This document shows, piece by piece, positions 51,301 through 64,000 of a stretch of DNA of 64,000 nucleotides. The notes below the pieces were generated by a model, which did no database searches, was not told the origin of the DNA, and was given only the letters and a program-made list of their open reading frames with translations. The stretch is from Epiperipatus broadwayi. Its lineage: Eukaryota > Animalia > Onychophora. The stretch's first letter is position 1. Each line of letters opens with the position of its first letter. Made by a program: the position numbers and the translations under genes. The stretch spans positions 18,600,001-18,664,000 of the forward strand of contig JAQFVV010000004.1 of assembly GCA_028023455.1 (NCBI GenBank). Direction: 5' to 3'.

Positions 51301-54295
51301 CCATCATCTTTTGCAAGAATCAACTTGATAACAAATTTCCGAAATATATCATTTCAGCCAATGTAAGATTCATATTATTTTTAGATATTTCATAAAAATA
51401 ACTTAATTCTGAGCCTTTCTCAATGAAATACTCTTGTATAGTCATGATTTTTTTAAGATGTAAATGTTCACACCTTCTAACAAAATGCAACTAATTTTTA
51501 TTGAAACAGTCATATCTGAAGCACTTTCTTTTGATATATATATATATAAAAATCCACAAAATCTGTGTGTGCTTCTGCTTAGGAAATAATTTCCCTTCGA
51601 TTATCAATAGTAAAATAAAATTGAAATCACTCTCATCATAAGATGCTTTCCGACTAATCAATAATAAAATCAAAACTCTTAGTACAGGTAAACTGTCAAA
51701 AGCTTGGTAAATACAGACTTCTTCATCAGTTTCTGTGTAAAAAAAAAAAAAAAAAAATGCTGGAGAGGCTTTTGCCTAAAAGTTGATCTTTTAATATATG
51801 CATAAACTAACTTTCTTTATAATAGTATTTATATTATAAATTTATTGTGTTCACACAGAAAATTTATTTCTATCATAAAGCATTTAATTTTAAGAATTAA
51901 TGTTTTTATGTGCCAGCATATATGTAAAATAGTTTGTAAACTAAAAAACATTTTGATAGAAATTCTGAAGTTGATTTCAGTCTGTAGTAGTAATAATTAT
52001 GTCTCAGTTAATGTCAAAAAACTATTAACAACATCAAAAAAAAAAAAAAAAAGTTTAATTTGAGCTTATTGTATTTGTAATACACAAATTTTAAAGTTGA
52101 AAGAAGCTAAATTAATAAATGATTTACAATCAAACAGATAATCTGCTGTGATGCAGAGTATGTCAGAACAATACTAGATTGATATATTTTTATAAAGCAT
52201 TTAAACTATTATCAATGTACATAATAATTATTGTTGAATATGGTCAGAAATTATAAAATGATCGAATGTTTTATATTTCTTATATTATCGATGGCATCAA
52301 AATAAAGAATTTATCGAATTAGAAGCAGCTAAGTCAAAAGATGATTTCCTTTGGATTCTACATTACTCTCTAAAATATACAATTCATTATTCAAAAATTA
52401 AAATAATTTGGTTTTAACTTTATCTCATTCTAGAAATGCAGATCTACCAAAATGTAAAAAAATAAGTAATGCATGAAAAACAAATAATGACCATAATGCC
52501 AAATAGATGTGAATTCAGTTACTGTATTACATTATGTCTACCAGTACAATAATGTAACATGTTCACAGTTTTTTATGCTGAGACAGGCGGTTAAAACAGT
52601 AGCATCCATTAATTCCTATGGCTTGCACTCGGTGGCTGTATAGAGAGAGTTGCTGCTGTTTTACAATAATATAAAATATATGGTGTATGGTCTGTTTATA
52701 GAAAAAGTTTTTATTATTATTCTATCATGATAAATGGGTGTTTACTTTTAGTATAGGTGAAAGGTAGATTGTAGCTGAAGTGCATGTAATATAAAAAAAA
52801 ATCAATCTGTTTATTTTACATTATATTTTATCGGTTGCAAAGCAATAAGTGACCATAAAAGTGATTTTAAATATTGGTTATCTTAGATATAACAATTTTA
52901 ATAAAAACGATATTAAAAAAAGAATAAACAAATAAGTTAAAAAAAAGATTACAAATTTAAATTTGCTTGTATCATCTCTACGATTTAAAATTCAAAGGTC
53001 AGTTATTCAAAATTTAAATAACTGAAATCTGACTTTTTTTTTTTATTTAAAAAATAATAAATATTTAAGTTTTATTTTGTTAGAATATTAATTTATAAAA
53101 AATTTATGTTGTGACATATATATATATTGTTGTTTTAAGTAATGAAATTAACTAAAGGAAAATAATCAGAAAAATGATCAATATGGTTTATTTACATTTT
53201 AATCAATGACAGTTTAAATATAAACATTAATTTAAAATTTTTATTGAAAGCTCATGTTCATCCTAACGTTTCCAGTCTGTCTTTTGTTTTACAATCGTCA
53301 TTAGCTGTTAATAAAAACTTTAGTTTTTTTGTTGTTTTTTTTGCGGCCCCAAGTTATGAACAAAAATAAATATTATAAAATAATTATTATAGCTCAAGGT
53401 AGCTAATTTCACTGAGTGTGTATCATTCACCTTTTATTAATTATTTATTTTAGCCTGGTATGTAATCAAACTTGAATTGACATTTCTGAGTTGTGCTTAA
53501 TCTAAGTTCAAAAAAAATTATGCATACAAATAATTGTTAACTGGAAATCCTTTCTTACAGATTATTTATTTTTGGAGAGTGAAGAAATATGATTTAAGAA
53601 AATATGATCTGAATAAATTTAAATTAAAACTTGAAGCAGCTAGAGCTAAAAAAAATTAATATCTCTATATTCTCAATGATAGATTTTCAGCGTCTTAAAT
53701 ATCAGAATAGACTCCCTAATATAAAACAAACAAATGGAGAAAAATGTTAAGCTTAACAAAAAGGGAATTTTAAACCGAAGACTTTGATAAAACTTTTAGT
53801 GTTTAAAGTGTGTGATCACTTGAAGGGTAGTAATATTTAAGTATTTATTATTATTTTATAACTTTAACTGCTTCCGCTCATTAAGCGGGTAACCCATGCA
53901 TCTTATTTGATTGGTCGAAATGTTTTCTTTTTTTTAATCACGTAAAAACTATAAGCATGACGTCAACAGAAATACGGCATTTTATACATCTTTTACATAG
54001 CTTTCTAAGGCTGTCTTTTAAAAAAAAATCTGATGAAAATTGGATTTTTTTTTTTTCTTCGTAATCGGCACATTTATTTTTTTAGCAAATTTGTAATTTC
54101 CACGAAGCGATAAAGACAGAAAACTTTTCACTTTTATCAGATTAAAAATATACTGATTCACAAACAAAGCCTTCAATGGAGTCAAAACGTAATCGCAGAA
54201 TAACGGCCTCGTAAGTATACAATTTTAATTTTTTATTATTATTTTTTGATTATTTGAAAAAATCAATTTTATTTTTATTAATTTGCATTTATAGT

Positions 54296-54946
54296 GGTGT
54301 GTATCTATATAAATTGTATATTTATTTATGCTCATATGAATTCATAAGTACAGTAATTTTGTGTTCTAATATAATCCACTTATTTTATAAAAATAAATTT
54401 TTTATAAAAATAATGATTCTCAAAAGATTTAATAATTTATTATTTGAAAAATGATTTATTGGGTTTTTATTGGTGTGTGTGTATATAAATTCTATATTTA
54501 TTTATGCTCATATGAATTCATATGTACAGAAATTTTGTGTTCTAATATAATCCACTTATTTATAAAAATAAATTTATTTTATAAAAATAATGATTCTCAA
54601 AAGATTTAATAATTTATTATTTGAAAAATGATTTATTGGGTTTGTATTGGTGTGTGAGTATATAAATTCTATATTTATTTATGCTCATATGAATTCATAT
54701 GTACAGTAATTTTGTGTGTTCTAATATAATCCACTTATTTTATAAAAATAATGATTCTCAAAAGATTTAATAATTTATTATTTGAAAAATGATTTATTGG
54801 GTTTGTATTGATGTGTGTGTGTATATAAATTCTATATTTATTTATGCTCATATGAATTCATATGTACAGTAATTTTGTGTGTTCTAATATAATCCACTTA
54901 TTTTATAAAAATAATGATTCTCAAAAGGTTTAATAATTTATTATTT
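54296..54946. repeat. Minisatellite, about 4 copies of a 163-177-bp unit
   Basis: tatataaatt at 54306, 54482, 54659, 54822; each unit carries catatgaattcata(t/a)g. Confidence 0.92.
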
Positions 54947-56747
54947 ATTATTATGTTTATATGGTGTGTTTGTGTTTACTCTTGCGTGTTGTATAACAAA
55001 TAATGATTTACAAAACTAATAATCAAATGTACAGAAAGACTGCATATGCAAGAAAGAATCAAATTCTGTTTCTTGCCTACGCCTTGATACTCATCTGTGG
55101 AGTCACTAGTTTTGCCATATCTTTCATCACATTATTTTCAAATCTATAGCTAACAAAGGGACTATATGCAAATAAATTATATCTATGTGATACAATAAAT
55201 ATAACAAGATTGCATCACTGGTGTGCATAAAGAATATAAACATCACTGGTGTACATAAAAAATATAAAATGAAGAAATGAAACTAATTTTATCAGTGATA
55301 CAGACAGTAGCCTACAATTTCTAGTTTTAGATAGACAAGAAGCCAATTGCTATGATGACAAATGCATATCTACATCTTCTAGAAATGATTTGTTTTTGTA
55401 TCTTTTATTAGGATGAATTTTATTCTTATAGACGCCTTTGAGTTTTGGTAACTTTTGGGGTACAAGATAAAAATGAAGAATTCTTATGCGAATACTTTTG
55501 GAGATTCTGAAGCTATGGATTATCTCAAATAAGACATATTATATATGGTTTGAAAGATAATTTTGTGAGGAATACAAAGAAATTATCACTGAAGATGTAA
55601 TTTAAACTTAGTTAATGATGAATTAGAAATTATGAACAAACAATAAAGTAATAATTATGTCGGATGTTGAAATTTCTTTTTTTCCTTATTGTTTAAATGG
55701 TTATCACTGTTTGTCTTAGACTTATTGTTTTCCTTACTTTTTCTAGTTTCTATTAATGTAATTTTTTTTGCTCTAACATAATTAAAACTGATGTTATTGT
55801 GAAAATTGTGTCTCAGGTCAGTTTTTAAAAAAATTCAATATGGCATCTAAAATCTGAAACAGTTAAGGTAATAATGTTTAAACATTTTATATGTCATATT
55901 GTATAATAAATATTTTATTTGTTATTTATTAATCCAGCCTCCTGTTTCTTTTCTCATAAATTCTTAACATTTAAATAATAAATCAAATTTTATAATAGCT
56001 AGGGAGAAAGAGTTCATATTCTACTGAATTAATCATGGTATTATTTAATAATACTGATGGAGTAGAATATCCTCTTATGGATTTCCCAGTTTTGAGATGG
56101 TGCTCTGGTTTTAAATCTAATATAAATTTGTAATCTATAGAGGATTTAATTTCCCTTCAGTTACTTAGGAGTGATTAGTGGTCTGGAAAGGTGACATAGA
56201 CTACAATATTTTTATTATTATAGCTATGTCTGACCATTCATAGGATTTACGAGTAATTAAATTAAATTATATTTTTACTCCTATCTTTTTTCATTAGTTA
56301 TTTGAATTTAAGCATAAAATCCTAAGATTATCTTTTATTATTAAGCATTAAATTTTCATATCTATAGGATTATTATAATTTATGCTTAACTTTAACTTTG
56401 ATGATCTCTTATGCCAAATAGCAGGATCATTATAAATATATTAATCAACAATATGAAGTTTAAATCTTCCTTGTAAGCACTAAAAGTAGCAAACTAATGT
56501 AGGTGATATATTATCACCTATTCTTTTTAATTTGGATTTACAAAAAATAATAACAGTGAAACATAATAAAATTATGAGAATATGCAGATAATTACATTTT
56601 TTGTCATGGCTATAATAATAATAAATGAATGTGTTACAAATGTAATCAATGCAGTTCTTAATATTACATATGCACACACATTTTTCATTTAAAATCGTAT
56701 TTAAAATATTAAAAATATATAATGAATATTACTGTAAATATACTTAC

Positions 56748-56996
56748 AATGCCATTATTAATCAAGTTCTTGATACAGCCATTGAAACCTTGAGTTCCAT
56801 CTAAGATTTCATTTCTTGGATAAGTAGGAAGAGTATTTCTTACACCTCCAAGTTGTAATGGTGTATTGACATTTAGAAAGAAGTTAAAGCCAGGTGTTAC
56901 TCCTTCAGCTTCGCAGGATAACCTATTTTGTTGAGAATTCACATCTGATTCAATTGGAGAAGCATCTTTGCATCGGTCTACAACTAGACGTATATC
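56748..56996 (-). CDS. CadN: Neural-cadherin-like exon: LamG1 C-part (DIRLVVDRCK...FLNVNTPLQLGG...GFNGCIKNLINNGI)
   Basis: Acceptor (T)n gcag|GAT, donor ATT|gtaagt; 249 nt, phase 0/0. Confidence 0.95.
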
Positions 56997-57082
56997 CTGC
57001 AAAAAAAAAAAAAGAGAGAAAAGAGTTTTTAAAAATGAAGCTGAAGTAGAAAGTTATAAATAAAACAAATCTAATATTATAC

Positions 57083-57431
57083 CTGTTTATTCCAATAAAT
57101 ATCCAGGCGATGCCAATTTCCATCATTTAAATCTTTTGGAGTGTTGACTTCCAACGTTAAAGAACCAGTGCCAAAGTCCAGCTTCAACACAGGTTTTCCC
57201 AAATGTAGGAAAAGAGCAATAAAATCTGAAGGTCGCCATTCATTTGTGTCAGGTTGTGTAATAGGGCCGTTATACAATAAAAGCCCATTTGCTGTATGTG
57301 TTATAAATTCCAGACTTATATGTGAAATTTCACATTGTTCTAAAGGAGGTAGCCATGCCCATCCTTTACCATTAAAATGCCTTGTTGTTTTTTGGCAATG
57401 AGGGCCATCATAACCTCTCTGGCATTCACAT
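57083..57431 (-). CDS. CadN: Neural-cadherin-like exon: EGF end and LamG1 N-part (CECQRGYDGPHCQKTTRHFNGKGWAWLPPLEQC...DGNWHRLDIYWNKQ)
   Basis: Acceptor tatag|A completes CA+A (Gln); donor CAG|gtataa; 349 nt; follows a 91-bp intron; frame continuous. Confidence 0.95.
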
Positions 57432-57522
57432 CTATATTATTTTTAAAAAAAAAAAAAAAATTAAAATTCATATATGGGAAAACAAAAGTTTTTTTTTTTA
57501 ATTTTATTATAAAATTACATAC

Positions 57523-57794
57523 TGAACAGTCTGTGGCATCCAAGTATCATTGCAAATTCCATGATTATAGCATTTTGTATTTGCACAACTTTCTGGTCCA
57601 CTAAAATTCCGTGCTCCGCATATACATTCAGCAAATACTTTAGCTGTGACAGCGACTAGAGCAGTACGCTTAGCGTTGACCAGCGTAGGTTTGATGTCTG
57701 GACGGAGTTCATTCTTACAACCATCTTCACATTGCTCTGTTAAACATTCATCTATGCGAACCATTGTAATATTTATGCCAACAGTCTGTTCAAC
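57523..57794 (-). CDS. CadN: Neural-cadherin-like exon (first in window): end of non-chordate (NC) domain and start of EGF repeat (VEQTVGINITMVRIDECL...CYNHGICNDTWMPQTV)
   Basis: Acceptor ttatag|GTT, donor CA|gtatgt; 272 nt. Translation resembles Drosophila DN-cadherin 'VGINITMVGIDECL...CTCGARNFTKPESC' (from memory). Symbol denotes CadN-like family, not proven orthology. Confidence 0.93.
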
Positions 57795-58689
57795 CTATAA
57801 TAAAAATGTTGCAAAAAAGCAAATCAAATTGCCATAAAATATGACATACACACATACAAACATTATTTCTTAAAAAAAAAAAAGTAATTAACAAATTTAA
57901 AAAATAATACTTAGAATGTATGAATAAATTAAAACCTGCACAGAAATGCCAATAAATTAATTTCAATAAAACATGTTAATAGTACTTAGCAATCAAATAT
58001 ATCTTTTTTTTTCAAATCCTAATAATTTTTTTTGATAAAATTAATAAATAAATGAACAATAAAGAAGAAATTTAAATGGAAACATGATTTTAAAAAAGAT
58101 GTGTAAGTATCAAAGATTTATTAAAAAATTTTATGAGTACTAGAAATTTTATGAATAAAAATGGTACGATACTTCTTTAAATGATAATAGTAAAGAGGTT
58201 ATACATTGAAATGCTTGGATGTTATTAAAAAGCCTGAAAATAAATTTAAATTTACAAATATAAAAAATAATTAACATCTTTTGATTCATCTAAAAATAAC
58301 CATGAAAACATATCAACTCTACAAACTTTACCCCACTCTTGTCTCACACCCAAATCACAAAAAAAAATATGAAAACAAAGCAAAAATCTAAAACTACAAA
58401 ATTAGAAGAGTCAATATTGCAAAAATTGATGGTTTTGATACTTTCTCTTGTGAGCTGCTAATGACTCATCTATTAAGGATTAAAAAAAAAAAGTTTAATA
58501 AAAAGTGAAAAATATAAAGAATTAATCTCAAAGATAAAAAAGGGTTATGTATCTGAATATTTAATAATAAGATTAACCAATTAATGCTTTAAAAAACTCC
58601 TGAAATAAATAAAATAAAAATGTACCTTAAAAAATAAAATATACAAGTATTTAAATCTAAAACTAGACTCCTATCAAACCACCTCTTTT

Positions 58690-59300
58690 TTGAATGATCA
58701 ACCAAAAATCTTTCAAACAGTCAAAGAATTATGCCCTAAAAAATGGATTTCTTATGAAGTTCCAACTAAATTTCTTTTATCAAATCCAACAATAAAGATT
58801 ACTGGACTCTCATCAACAAATTCAAGACAAACTATGGTTACTGCATTAGTTAGTACAGGGAATTTAACATCCACTGATCTATGTAAGCAGCTTAACATAA
58901 ACATGGCTCATATAGATAATGACTGCATAATCTATGGATATAAAATGACAGAAATAAAGGACTATAATAGAAATATTAGCAAATCCATTTTCTAGTTAAA
59001 ATCTCTATAGAATCTTTTATAAATGGGAATTAATAGTCGGGCTATCTTTTAAAAAAAAATCCATATAATAAATTAAATAAGTTATTATACTAAAAAAAAA
59101 AATAATGAACAGAAATGGATAGTATATTCTCTATCAACATAGGACTCAACTATATGCTAATAAAATTGAATAATCTACATCTAGATTTTATACAATATTC
59201 AACACCTGGCAAAAAACTGCAAAATTAACTTTAAAAAAAAATAATTAAATAATTGGAACTGCATGAACATTTTTTGATGATAAAAATTTGAACTATATTT
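58690..59300 (+). mobile_element. Possible decayed non-LTR RT fragment
   Basis: ORF ...ITGLSSTNSRQTMVTAL...STDLCKQL loosely resembles RT 'GFR..RST..AL...DL.KAF'; weak. Confidence 0.25.
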
Positions 59301-60159
59301 TTAATAATTCCATCAATTTTTCAATATATTGGCTCACTCTGAAATGTTCTATCCCATTGACATTTTACATTTTTCAATAATAATATCAAAATTTTTAAGC
59401 ATCACCTAGTCCAAAAATATATCTAAGTGTAATTTATATTGACCCAATCAGAGTAAATGTTCAAATGCCTGTAGGGCATACACGTTGAGAAGTAATTTAT
59501 TTGATAACATTACATTAATATAAAATAAGATTCAAAAAATATATACTAACTAATTATTATATTATATTTGAAAAGATAACAATCAATAATCTAGCAAAAT
59601 ATACATCACATCTAAAACTCATAAAGATCTACATTATGAATGCGTAAGAATATTATGAGAAGATTTACATAACAATTATATTAAACATATAAAAAAAATA
59701 TTCCTGAATCTAAAATTCTTAATAGACCTTATCAGTAATTATGCAAAAAAGTTTTGCATTACCAACAGTTCACCATCAATAAACCATCAACCACTATACA
59801 ATTAATTATGGATCACTTGAAATTGCAAGCATAAAAAAATAATTTGCTGCAATTTCTGACTGGAATGAAATAGAAATGATGAAACACAAAATAAATAAGA
59901 GAGGGTGTATATACATCTAATTTAAAATGTACACAATTCGGAACAATATTATACAATATACTTTATAGATAATAGTATTTATAATAATGAGACAGAGAGA
60001 GCAAATATAATATAGTTTTGTAATAAATAAAAAAAACAGTACAATACTATATTTACCTAAACTAAAATTATTTTGACATTGAATGGAAAAGATCTTTTAT
60101 TTTAGATACTAACATACACTGTACATCATTAAATTATTACTTCAATAAACATTATAAAT

Positions 60160-60745
60160 TAATATATATATATGCGCTGTTTGCACAGATAATGAAGCTA
60201 GAATAAAGTGAAAATTGTAATTTATTAAAATATAAAGCTATTAAATTAAAGAGCTGAGCATTTTCAAGAGACTACTTGCTCTCACTCATAGCTGTTGTTG
60301 TTATAACTGCATTGTAGAAATGGAAATGGAATTTATGCAAATGAGTTATAATTGCCATTTTCGAGACAGAAGGCACCTCCATCTTCTGCGAACACAAAAT
60401 AGCATCAGGCCATAAATTTGAACCCATCACTGCCAGCGTCGTATGCTCCGAAAGACATGACGCCTGACGCAAAATTAGAAGAGGCGTTTTACATAGCTAG
60501 CAACCACAAATCCATCAATAGGAGAGAAGCATGCTTTGCTCTGTCTCTGAAATGGCAATTATATCTCATTTGCATAAATTCCATTTCCATTTCTACAACG
60601 CAGTTATAACAACAGCAGCTATGAGTATGAGAGTCTCTTGAAAGCGCTTAGCTCTTTAATTTAATAACTTTATATTTTAATAAATTTAAAATTTCGCTTT
60701 ATTCTAGCTTCATTATCTGTGCAAACAGTGCATATATATATATTA
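60160..60745. mobile_element. Long-TIR foldback/MITE (arms about 210 bp, spacer about 170 bp) in a (TA)n site
   Basis: 60160-60370 is the reverse complement of 60540-60745 (ctgtttgcacagataatgaagctagaataaag...gaaatggaaatggaatttatgcaaatgag). Confidence 0.88.
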
Positions 60746-61691
60746 GTGTACATTATTAATTAAATTATTATTTTTCACTTAAAACTGTGGTTTAATTTCA
60801 AAACTAAATTATTTTAATTAAATATTTTACTTGACAATAAAGAAAATTTTATGTAATTAAATATTTCAGTTTATGCTAAAGATAAGAAATCCCTCTCCAT
60901 TTAAATATGCTAGGAATAAAAAGTTTATAGTTCAAATCACTATACATTAAACAACGTAGTATTAAATCACTTTCTTCCGTTTCAATATAGCAGGGTAAAA
61001 AATAAAGCAATGGATAATCTTTGATACTAAAGTTATTGTCATGTATAATTAAGGCAGAGAAAAAGTTCAGACAGTAATAAGCTTAATAAGACCCTTTTAT
61101 CTCATGATAAATTTATCAAGAGGGCTTAAACAGTTGTCCTTTTCACCTCTTTGTAACATTTTAATAGCATTATCAATTATGCATTGAAAAAGAAGAAACT
61201 AAATATTTTGAAGTCTATCCTTTTCTAAAGATTCATAAAAATTATCTAACAATCACATAGATATAAATAATTCTATTAAAGTTGAAGATTACACCCTGAT
61301 CATCAATTGCAGTAGCGGAAAACAATTCACTTCTAACTACAGATGTCAAATCTACTGGTTTAGCATTGTTTCTTGACTGTATTATTCCAATCTGGACAAA
61401 AAGTAATTCCCAAATCTATGTTTTTTTTATTCGAGATTGGAAATGCATTACCATTTAATGTGGTAAAATTTCCAACTGTGATGATAAATAGAGGTTTTTA
61501 GCTTGAATGTTCTGGAGCATCCTCCTCAAAAAATAAATACTCCTCTTATTGGAAGCATTGTATCCAGACAATCATTTATAATGTTTAATGAATTCGCAGA
61601 CAAAAATTAATCCATGATTGAAAAAAATACATTATAGCAAATTTTATGAAGATTTTCACACTATTTATTTCCATCAATAGGGAATACATTA

Positions 61692-61692
<1 letters not shown>

Positions 61693-61724
<32 letters not shown>
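61693..61724. repeat. (AC)16 microsatellite
   Basis: Direct reading. Confidence 0.95.
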
Positions 61725-61727
<3 letters not shown>

Positions 61728-62884
61728 GAGTAATCTGAATATACTGTTATTAGACATTATTACAGGTTCGTTCATATCACATTTTTTAACTACAATTATG
61801 ATCAATATTTAAATATGAACACTATTTAAAAAATGGATATTTTTTTAAAAAAAAAACCAAACTGCTATTATATTAGCATATGACTGACTTTGAAATGAAG
61901 CACTTTTTGGAAAACCTTTACCATAAAAATAAACGGTTGTCATCTGATCCTTCGAGGCAGCCGCGGGATGGCGCTATTTCTAACTAAAAACACCTTAATA
62001 TAATGTTCCCGGGCTAGCGATTCTCTATTAATATTGACTTTTTTTTGTTTTGTTTTGTTTACAAATTTTACTTCCTTTCGTTTTCATAAAATGAGAAACA
62101 GACTTTAAAAAATATTTAATTGTAAACCTTTGACAACAAATAAATATGATAAATATATAATAATACTTGATTCTTAATAGATTTGTTGATTTGTAGTAAT
62201 TACAATTTTTTTGACCTGTTTTAGAAAATGTGTACATTCAAGAATGTAGTACCACATATCAATATTAGGAAGATACTAGCATAAAGAACAAAACTCTTGA
62301 GAGTAAACAAGAAAAAGAGAACAATATAAGCAAAATGCTTGTTATGATGTGCTGTTTATACAAAATGGATTGGAATATAAAGAAGGAAGTGTTTAAGCAC
62401 AAAAGTGATCAGACACACAATGAATTGAGCAGTTTTCATATATTTTTTCAATAGAGTTTAGATATTTTGTTTTTTCAATTAAAAATTTTCATGATCCCCA
62501 ACAATTTTTCTGTGACTCCTTGTGGAGTCTCCCACAGGTTGCATTGCTGAGTTATAGTATAATATTAGCCTGTTATAATGCAGAAGCATCTTAGACATTA
62601 GCATGCTGTCTTCAATTATCAGAAGCACTACTAAGAATAACATTGTTTTTCTTATTTTTGTAAATATTATTATATTTACCATTAATTATAAGATTATTGC
62701 AGGTTCTACTGCTATCCTAAATGTTTTTTTTTTAAAAAAAAAATGTAATATTTGATCAATAAAATCCTTTGAAACATATTAAATTTAGTTATAGTATAAT
62801 TTTTTTTAAATAGAAGATAATATTAAAGTTTCGTTCATCGTTGATGGTAATAAAATTATAAATATAGCATTTTATTTTTTAGAG

Positions 62885-63050
62885 TTAAAACAGGCAAAAC
62901 TCTCCATACAGTATTGCAACCCAGTGCAAACCAGAGTAATCAATGGATGCCAGAAGGCTTGTGCATAAAATCCCCATCTAGTGCCTATTCATCCAATATC
63001 CCCAAACTAGTTACTGGCTTGTGGAGCCTTGGATTTGAGAGCACTGCACC
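62885..63050. mobile_element. MITE family B, partial copy
   Basis: Colinear with 7927-8100 (ttaaaacaggcaaaactctccatacagt...ggagccttggatttgagagca). Confidence 0.75.
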
Positions 63051-63279
63051 TAGATTTTAGGATCTAATGCAACCCTCCAGCAGCCATCTTTTATCTCTAC
63101 TTAACTACAAAACTATGAATCTTAAATTGAAAACACAATAATATTTTCAATCCAAGCTCATTAGCTTATATAGTCATATAGGTCTGAACTCAGTTCAGTA
63201 CCTATACATTTTGGTGTTTTTGGTTCTTTAATTACCATATCCACCACTATCCTATTAGACAGGATTGGTTTTAAGCCAA

Positions 63280-63574
63280 TAAACATCACATGATTACCAT
63301 TTCTTATGCTTGTTTATAACTATTGTTAAAACAGGCAAAACTCTCCATATAGTATTTCCACTCAGTGGAAGCCAGAGGGCAAACGAAGGCCACAAGCCAG
63401 AAACTAATCTGGGAATATTGGATGAGTAGGCACTAGATAGGGATTTTATGCACGAGCTTTTTAGCATCCATTGATTACTCTGGCTTGCACTGAGTGGCAA
63501 TACGGTATGGAGAATTTTGCCTGTTTTAACAACAGTTATAAGCAGCATAAGAAATGGTGATCATGTGAGGTTTA
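63280..63574. mobile_element. MITE family B, full hairpin copy (opposite orientation to the 62885 copy)
   Basis: TIR about 75 bp (taaacatcacatgattaccatttcttatgct...ctctccata), extended inward by ctcagtggaagccagag / ctctggcttgcactgag. Confidence 0.8.
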
Positions 63575-64000
63575 GAGTTAGTGATGCCATATTATATGTA
63601 TATAAAAATGCACTTATAATAATTGTATAAGTGAATTAAAACAGTCTTTTAAATACCCATAGCTCCAAATAAAGAATTCTGAAAATAAATAACATTACTC
63701 ACCAGGCCTGAAAATTGATTAGTGAATATTTGAATATTCATTTCATGCTTGTTTTATCCTATAACTTAGAAAAGCTACATATAAATATGATCATACTGAA
63801 AATAATTATTGCCTTTTTATATTAATAAAGCACTTTTTTTAAGTTTCTGCATTACGAAAATGATTATTTGTGAGCTTCAGATCATGAAACTTTGATTCAT
63901 GAAACAGCTTGTTATTGGATTAAGAATATGTGAAATCACAGACAATTCAAACAATTATTGAAAAAGACTTCAGTTGAAGTGCATTAAGCTTGTATCAAAA

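Noticed and set aside
51690-51732. Possible relic hammerhead (AAACTG/CAGTTT flanks, AAGCTT palindrome) on the minus strand
   Set aside because: Needs several deletions to rebuild the core and helix II; too speculative.
54296-54946. CRISPR-like array
   Set aside because: Whole units repeat with no unique spacers; eukaryotic minisatellite.
55583-55620. TTATCA-CTGAAGATG...AAACTTAGTTA-ATGATG relic hammerhead
   Set aside because: CG of CGAAA is missing, helix II is marginal, and the low-complexity AT-rich context makes chance likely.
53864-55866. piggyBac-like element (TTAA|CTGCTTC...GAAACAG|TTAA)
   Set aside because: Only 6 of 7 bp of terminal match and no transposase remnant.

Overview
Very AT-rich eukaryotic (arthropod-like, probably chelicerate/myriapod-type) genomic DNA. 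The main gene is the 3' part of a neural-cadherin-like (CadN-type, type III classical cadherin) gene on the minus strand. Ten exons from 57794 down to the stop at 18705 join in frame (2451 nt = 816 aa + stop) and encode NC-end/EGF, LamG1, EGF, LamG2, EGF, TM and the p120/beta-catenin-binding tail; the 5' exons lie beyond the window. The introns and downstream region hold three Tigger/pogo-derived TA-TSD elements, two Merlin (IS1016-like) remnants, several long-TIR foldbacks, LTR-like and decayed LINE fragments, a ~175-bp minisatellite and a tRNA-like sequence. The most interesting signal is a set of type I hammerhead ribozyme (HHR) motifs tied to Penelope-like element (PLE) ends. (1) A 1.1-kb TSD-flanked insertion at 28.9-30.1 kb carries three HHRs in an inverted-plus-tandem arrangement (retrozyme-like, 482-nt predicted monomer). 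(2) A second TSD-flanked inverted PLE end at 26.1-27.0 kb has decayed HHR cores. (3) A PLE-associated HHR at 39.85 kb has the core AUGAUUA, an A3:U8 compensated version of the canonical C3:G8 pair, which is echoed in a sister remnant at 38.49 kb. Three candidate terminal exons of an unidentified plus-strand gene lie at 4.3, 10.4 and 12.6 kb. All calls are by eye; no database searches were run.
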